64,000 nucleotides of DNA from an uncultured virus (IMG/VR IMGVR_UViG_3300028586_000785) (lineage: Duplodnaviria; Heunggongvirae; Uroviricota; Caudoviricetes), in the IMG/VR virus record IMGVR_UViG_3300028586_000785. One strand, given 5' to 3'. Below, in pieces: positions 59,488 to 64,000 of this stretch; the stretch's first letter is position 1; the number at the start of each line of letters is the position of its first letter. The notes below the pieces were generated by a model. That model was not told the origin of the DNA. It worked only from the letters and a program-made list of their open reading frames with translations, and did not search any database. The translations under genes were made by a program, and so were the position numbers.

Positions 59488-62431
59488 CAGCCACCTTCTT
59501 TTCTACCTTCATCTCCAGACCTCTATCGTGCCTATAGGAGATGGAGAAGCTGCGACCATTCAGCGTCATGTTTTCTCTCAATACCAAGACGTGCTTGTGG
59601 CGCAGAATAGGCTCTGAATGCCATTCAGGCATCAGGTCTGTTTCGAACAGGATCTCTTCGTCAACAAGAGCGTCATACTCTTTGCCGCGCAGTCTTAGCA
59701 TGCTGGCGGCAATAGCAAGTGCCGTTTCCCGTGTCGGCTTCGAATTGAAATCAACTGGAAGTCCCGCGCCGTCAAAATCTCCATCAAGAGTCTGAATCTG
59801 ACCTTGACCATTCGACTTTAGGATGATGACTTCTTCTTCATCTTCGATGTCACGAACCTGAGCCAGAGCTTTGGATTCTGTCTTTCCTACTTCGCGATTG
59901 ATATGACTCTGCCAATCGAGAATATCCGTCTCGGGAGCGGGGAGAAGGTAGTTACTGTCAGCCTTGTCTCGCTTTTCGGCAATAAGAGCCTTCCACTCCT
60001 TCTCTGCCTCTCTCCACTGCTCTTTCCATTCTTCGGGCGCACGGACACGATCACCATACCCACGCCGCACCAGCGCAGAGATGTCCTTAGGAAGGTGAAG
60101 TCTACTGTCGTCATCCAGAGCGTACGGACGTAGAGCGTGAACTGCTCGGTAAAGCGTCTTGAGTGGGTAAATGCTTTCGGCGGAATGGTTGATGCCGGGA
60201 ACACCAGAGTCTTCCGCACCGTCCCAATTGGAGACCCCTGCGATATACATGCGAGGCTCTGTAAACACTCTGGGTCGGGTGGGAATCACATGACGGTGAG
60301 TTCTTCCAGCCCTCTGAAGCAGTGAATCGATAGGGGCGATGTCGGATACGCTTTCATCGAAGTCGATATCCAGAGATTGCTCCATTACCTGCGTTCCTAC
60401 GACAATGAGTCTTCTGGGTCGCTTAGAAAACTCCTTACCTAGATAGTTGTTGAGCTTCTGCTCCTTGATAGCTCTATCCAATCCAATGAATCGTGAGTGT
60501 AGGAGTAGCACCTCGACGTTCATGTCAGAGTCCTCAAAGAACTCTTTCATCGCGTCATAGGTCTGCTGTGAGCGAGCAACGGTATTCCGGAAGATGCCAA
60601 TGCAGCCACCGTGAATCAACCTGTCTGACAAGCGCTTAGCAAGCCTTTCGTTGTCAGCACCACCAGCAAGGATGTTGAGCGCCAGAGGGTTCTTATTGGA
60701 AGCCCCCTCAGTATGGTGAACATGAACGCCGGTCTTGTCTAGAACGGAGATGAGTGGATACTTGATAGTGGTGAGGGGCTTGAGGTTGATACCACCCACA
60801 TCGTTCTTAGACTTACGACTCGACACAATCTTTTCAGGGTTGAGCGTAAGCGGAAGGGCAGTTCTGGGCGCACTCATAGCCTGCCTTGAATTCAGACCGT
60901 CATTGTACGCAGAAACTAGATCCTTTCGAATGTCTGTGGGAAGGGTCGCAGAGAGTAGCACCACGGGAACACCGTAGTATCCCAACCACTGCAATGCCCT
61001 ACCGAGGAAGACATTCATGTATGCGTCATAAGCATGCACCTCGTCAAGGATAACAACCTTGTTCGCGAGTGCCAGGTGTCGTAGAGCGACATGCCTGGCG
61101 GCAAGAGCAGAGACAAGAACCTGATCGATTGTTCCAACCACGAAGTTGGACAAGGGTCCAAGTCGAGTACCCTGCGCAAGCCACTTGTTGATGTGACCGC
61201 CATCAATGCTTTCTTCACGTGCGGCATCAAAGAGTTCGGAGAACGTTCCATTGAGACCAGAGCGCGAGTGAGAAAGATACATGGACATGCCGGTACGACT
61301 ACCCGGGAGGTTGCTCACCCAGCTTCTAGCGCGAGCGAAGATAGCATCTGATGTTGCGATGGTAGGTAGTGCCACAAATACACCACTTGCGCCAGTCTTC
61401 TGTGCCATGACCTCAGCAACAGCTAGCGCAGCCTCAGTCTTTCCTTCTCCCATTGGTGCCTCAATGATAATGAGTCCACTATCGTTGAGCGGCTTGACAG
61501 CTTCTAGCGCAGCGCTCTGTACAGGTCGAGGCGGGAAACCAAATCTCGTGTGGAAGAACTCAGCACCTGCATTAGGTGGAACAGAAGGATTCCACTTAGA
61601 GGGAATCGGTAGAGCCGAGAGTGCCTTGACCGCCCTGTCAGTCTCTTTCTGGACATTTACGTCAAGTGACTTACTCTTCAACGACATATTGCAGCCAAAG
61701 CCCTGAGAAGCGCCCCAGTCGGCAGCGACCACGAATCCCATCAAGATGGTTTCGGCTGAGCGAGATACATCCGAAGTGGACCACGATGCAAACTTCTTGT
61801 TAGCCCCAGAAATGGCAGCGGCATAGTCAAAAATCTCACGCTGCACCTGGACCCACAACGGGTCAGACAATCCCATGATGTCTTCTCGACCAACACATGC
61901 AGCGAGCAGTTCATGAGACAGAGGGTGACCGTGGTGGCTTCCGACAATGATTGCGCAAGAGTCGGCTACAGACTCCGAGACTCCGTATTCGAGTAGAAAC
62001 TTCTTGACCAAGATTGCAGAGATAACCTCGTGCCGAATAAGGCTTCTGTCAAGACCACGCGGCACATGAAGACCGTTCTTTCCCATGAACGCATCATTGA
62101 GTTCATTGACGTAATCATCTTCTGATGCAAGGAATACGGGGGAGGATTTACCTAGGTCGTGAATACCGGCAAGGAAGATGGCAAGGGTGCGCGCATCATC
62201 ATCGCCTCCCACGGCAATCGAGACATCCCTCTTTGCTGCCTCTGGTAGGTACTCATCATATAGTCTAGATGCGACTAGAGCCGTATCAGCAAGGTGTCGG
62301 TACAGGGGCATCCAGAAGGTAGTGTCCTTACCCTTCTGGGTCTTACCCCAGACCGAACGCGCCGCAATAGATAGGCTCTCAGCCTTGCGTGCTACACGGA
62401 GCGCGTGCTTCTCATGGTTAGTTGGCATCAT
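59480..62431 (-). CDS. cas3: Cas3 HD nuclease-helicase
   Basis: WGK..PLYRHLADT, HDLGK, RHE, HHG, ADW (HD domain); APMGEGKT, DEVH, SAT, QRAGR.HRH (SF2 helicase). Confidence 0.97.
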   Translation of the reverse strand: MMPTNHEKHALRVARKAESLSIAARSVWGKTQKGKDTTFWMPLYRHLADTALVASRLYDEYLPEAAKRDVSIAVGGDDDARTLAIFLAGIHDLGKSSPVFLASEDDYVNELNDAFMGKNGLHVPRGLDRSLIRHEVISAILVKKFLLEYGVSESVADSCAIIVGSHHGHPLSHELLAACVGREDIMGLSDPLWVQVQREIFDYAAAISGANKKFASWSTSDVSRSAETILMGFVVAADWGASQGFGCNMSLKSKSLDVNVQKETDRAVKALSALPIPSKWNPSVPPNAGAEFFHTRFGFPPRPVQSAALEAVKPLNDSGLIIIEAPMGEGKTEAALAVAEVMAQKTGASGVFVALPTIATSDAIFARARSWVSNLPGSRTGMSMYLSHSRSGLNGTFSELFDAAREESIDGGHINKWLAQGTRLGPLSNFVVGTIDQVLVSALAARHVALRHLALANKVVILDEVHAYDAYMNVFLGRALQWLGYYGVPVVLLSATLPTDIRKDLVSAYNDGLNSRQAMSAPRTALPLTLNPEKIVSSRKSKNDVGGINLKPLTTIKYPLISVLDKTGVHVHHTEGASNKNPLALNILAGGADNERLAKRLSDRLIHGGCIGIFRNTVARSQQTYDAMKEFFEDSDMNVEVLLLHSRFIGLDRAIKEQKLNNYLGKEFSKRPRRLIVVGTQVMEQSLDIDFDESVSDIAPIDSLLQRAGRTHRHVIPTRPRVFTEPRMYIAGVSNWDGAEDSGVPGINHSAESIYPLKTLYRAVHALRPYALDDDSRLHLPKDISALVRRGYGDRVRAPEEWKEQWREAEKEWKALIAEKRDKADSNYLLPAPETDILDWQSHINREVGKTESKALAQVRDIEDEEEVIILKSNGQGQIQTLDGDFDGAGLPVDFNSKPTRETALAIAASMLRLRGKEYDALVDEEILFETDLMPEWHSEPILRHKHVLVLRENMTLNGRSFSISYRHDRGLEMKVEKKVAVA

Positions 62432-62440
62432 CAGACTACG

Positions 62441-62469
62441 ATGATAGCCACCCTTCTACTAAAAGGCAA
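62441..62469 (-). promoter_or_regulatory. cas3 promoter candidate (near-leaderless transcript)
   Basis: TTGCCT-N17-TATCAT, 9 nt before the first ATG; no RBS visible. Confidence 0.55.
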
Positions 62470-62476
62470 GTTGAGG

Positions 62477-63292
62477 TTATGGGGCGGTGTATGCGAATAC
62501 CTGAGTGCTGATGGTCTCGTTCTTTGAAAGGTCTCCCTTTTCAAGAGAACGACACTTCGCTCCAACCTTGTAGTTCGTCTTTACGCCCTTGACCTTGTAG
62601 TTGTCGTCGAGGAAGTCAAGAGACTGATTGTTGGAGCTAGACCATGCACCAGATTTTGTGCTGCCGTTGCCGTAAGTAACGCGAATCTGATAAGCGGGTG
62701 CGGTGGTAGGACCACATGTGACACCCGTCCATGTGAGGTTTTCAACTCCATTGGTCATCGTGATTGATGCCGGGATGCCGATGGGTGCAGCAAGCCTGTC
62801 AGGCACCGTTGGCTCAACATTGGCAGGCGGCACATATCCTGGTCTACAAGTAAGTGGGAGGGTTAGCTTGGCTTTTTCGACCGCAGTAGGGTTCTCAGAA
62901 GAGACGTAATATATCTTGCCGGTCTTTACCTTGCCGGACACGATGTATTCATTGTTGTAACACCACTGCACAGTTGGGTTTTCTTTGAATGAAGATGTAG
63001 AGAACGTGTATGGATACTTCCACTTCGACAGGTTGTCTAACCCGCCGTTACTTGGCACGAAGTTCTGATTCACCGTACCCTTGGCAGCAATCCAAGCCTC
63101 CTGCGCAAAAGCCATATTGACTAGCTGTGTACGGACAACATTGTCTCGCTGGTTGTTGATAATGCCAGGCGCTGTGAGAGTTCCAGCAGCAATCAAGATT
63201 GCAGAAACAGCAACAGTGATTGTTTGCATGATCGAGTTCTCCGCGCGATCAGATCGCACAGAGGGCATTAGTTTTGTAAACCAGTTAGTCAT
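62477..63292 (-). CDS. Type IV pilin-like membrane-anchored protein with Cys-paired C-terminal beta domain
   Basis: Start re-called to MTNWF; hydrophobic helix TITVAVSAILIAAGTLTAPG followed by NNQRDNVVRTQLVNMAFAQEAW pilin-like helix. Confidence 0.55.
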   Translation of the reverse strand: MTNWFTKLMPSVRSDRAENSIMQTITVAVSAILIAAGTLTAPGIINNQRDNVVRTQLVNMAFAQEAWIAAKGTVNQNFVPSNGGLDNLSKWKYPYTFSTSSFKENPTVQWCYNNEYIVSGKVKTGKIYYVSSENPTAVEKAKLTLPLTCRPGYVPPANVEPTVPDRLAAPIGIPASITMTNGVENLTWTGVTCGPTTAPAYQIRVTYGNGSTKSGAWSSSNNQSLDFLDDNYKVKGVKTNYKVGAKCRSLEKGDLSKNETISTQVFAYTAP

Positions 63293-63403
63293 CAACTCAT
63301 CCTCGGAACCGTCGTTTTTGGGTCTGTTTTGACGACGGTCACAGTTTCGTATCACTCTACACTACCTGCTAGTATCACCCCTGTTTTATTGGTAACATCA
63401 GGC

Positions 63404-64000
63404 ATGAGCACATCAATCGTAATACTTGCAGCAGGAAAGGGAACACGCCTCGGCATGCCGTTCCCCAAGCCACTCACGCCGATTGATGATGGCAGGACCA
63501 TTCTTGGTCGGTCTTTGGATCTCATCCATAGTGAGTTTGGTCCCCGCGCCGTCAACATTGTCGTCGGATTCCAGTCCGAACGAATTGTAGAAGCGTTTCC
63601 TACCGAGCGCTACATCTATAACGAACAGTACGACCAGACGAATACATCCAAATCACTTCTCAGAGCACTACGCGCTGTTCCATCCAAAGATGGTGTGATT
63701 TGGTTCAATGGTGATGTTGTTTTTGACGAAACCCTGTTGGCACGAGTCTCTCATTTCTTGATGGAAGAGCAGTCTTTCGTTGCGGTTAATACTTCAAGCG
63801 TTGCTGACGAAGAAGTGAAGTACACGGTAGATGAGTACGGATTTATCGACAAGCTATCGAAGACGGTTCCCGTCAAGGATGCGTTGGGTGAGGCTGTTGG
63901 TATCAACTACGTGTCACCGAGAAACAAGTTGGCTCTGATGCACAACCTCAATAAGGTGGGAAACCAAGACTACTTCGAAAGAGGTATAGAGCTGGCTATC
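63404..64000 (+). CDS. Nucleotidyltransferase (LicC/sugar-phosphate NTP-transferase family), truncated by window end
   Basis: Read manually: MSTSIVILAAGKGTRLG...PKPL...YNEQYDQTNTSKSL...NGDVVFD...EEVKY...GEAVGIN. Confidence 0.85.
   Translation, partial: MSTSIVILAAGKGTRLGMPFPKPLTPIDDGRTILGRSLDLIHSEFGPRAVNIVVGFQSERIVEAFPTERYIYNEQYDQTNTSKSLLRALRAVPSKDGVIWFNGDVVFDETLLARVSHFLMEEQSFVAVNTSSVADEEVKYTVDEYGFIDKLSKTVPVKDALGEAVGINYVSPRNKLALMHNLNKVGNQDYFERGIELAI

Noticed and set aside
62419..62433. Self-targeting of the mini-array spacer at the cas3 start (TGATGCC.AC similarity)
   Set aside because: Only a short match, with mismatches at the first seed positions; compatible with chance
54033..64000. Canonical CRISPR array or cas1/cas2 near the cas operon
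   Set aside because: No regularly spaced direct repeats seen; flanking ORFs lack Cas1/Cas2 motifs

Overview
Gene-dense 64-kb segment, almost all on the minus strand, of what looks like a very large actinobacterial extrachromosomal element. A conjugative megaplasmid is the best fit; no virion genes are visible. It carries its own replication and dNTP kit: SNF2-like helicase, DnaB, DnaE, DnaX, a DnaC-like ATPase, NAD-dependent LigA, class Ib nrdIEF and a duplicated dATP/dGTP diphosphohydrolase. These are interleaved with a Gram-positive-type conjugation cluster: VirB4-like, VirD4-like, VirB6-like, TcpC-like, pilin-like and a Replication-relaxation-family relaxase. Two MoxR-AAA + metallopeptidase/VWA pairs are present, one degenerate and one canonical and GC-richer. 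There are also three tandem EspG-like genes and an ArdC-like antirestriction gene. The most notable features are three. (1) A type I-E CRISPR-Cas effector operon (cas3-cas8e-cas7-cas5-cas6e) has no cas1/cas2 and no separate cas11; a Cas11-like domain appears fused to Cas8e, and the only guide candidate is a degenerate repeat-spacer-repeat unit enclosed in a 14-bp inverted repeat right after cas6e. (2) A set of accessory genes is preceded by TGTCRN-N10-TAnnnT (RecA-NDp/PafBC-like) promoters, and several share short N-terminal tags. (3) Both genes of the canonical AAA/VWA pair start their predicted transcripts with a TGTCAGTCA box complementary to a hairpin loop in a structured downstream region. 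All assignments come from motif reading by eye; no searches were run.
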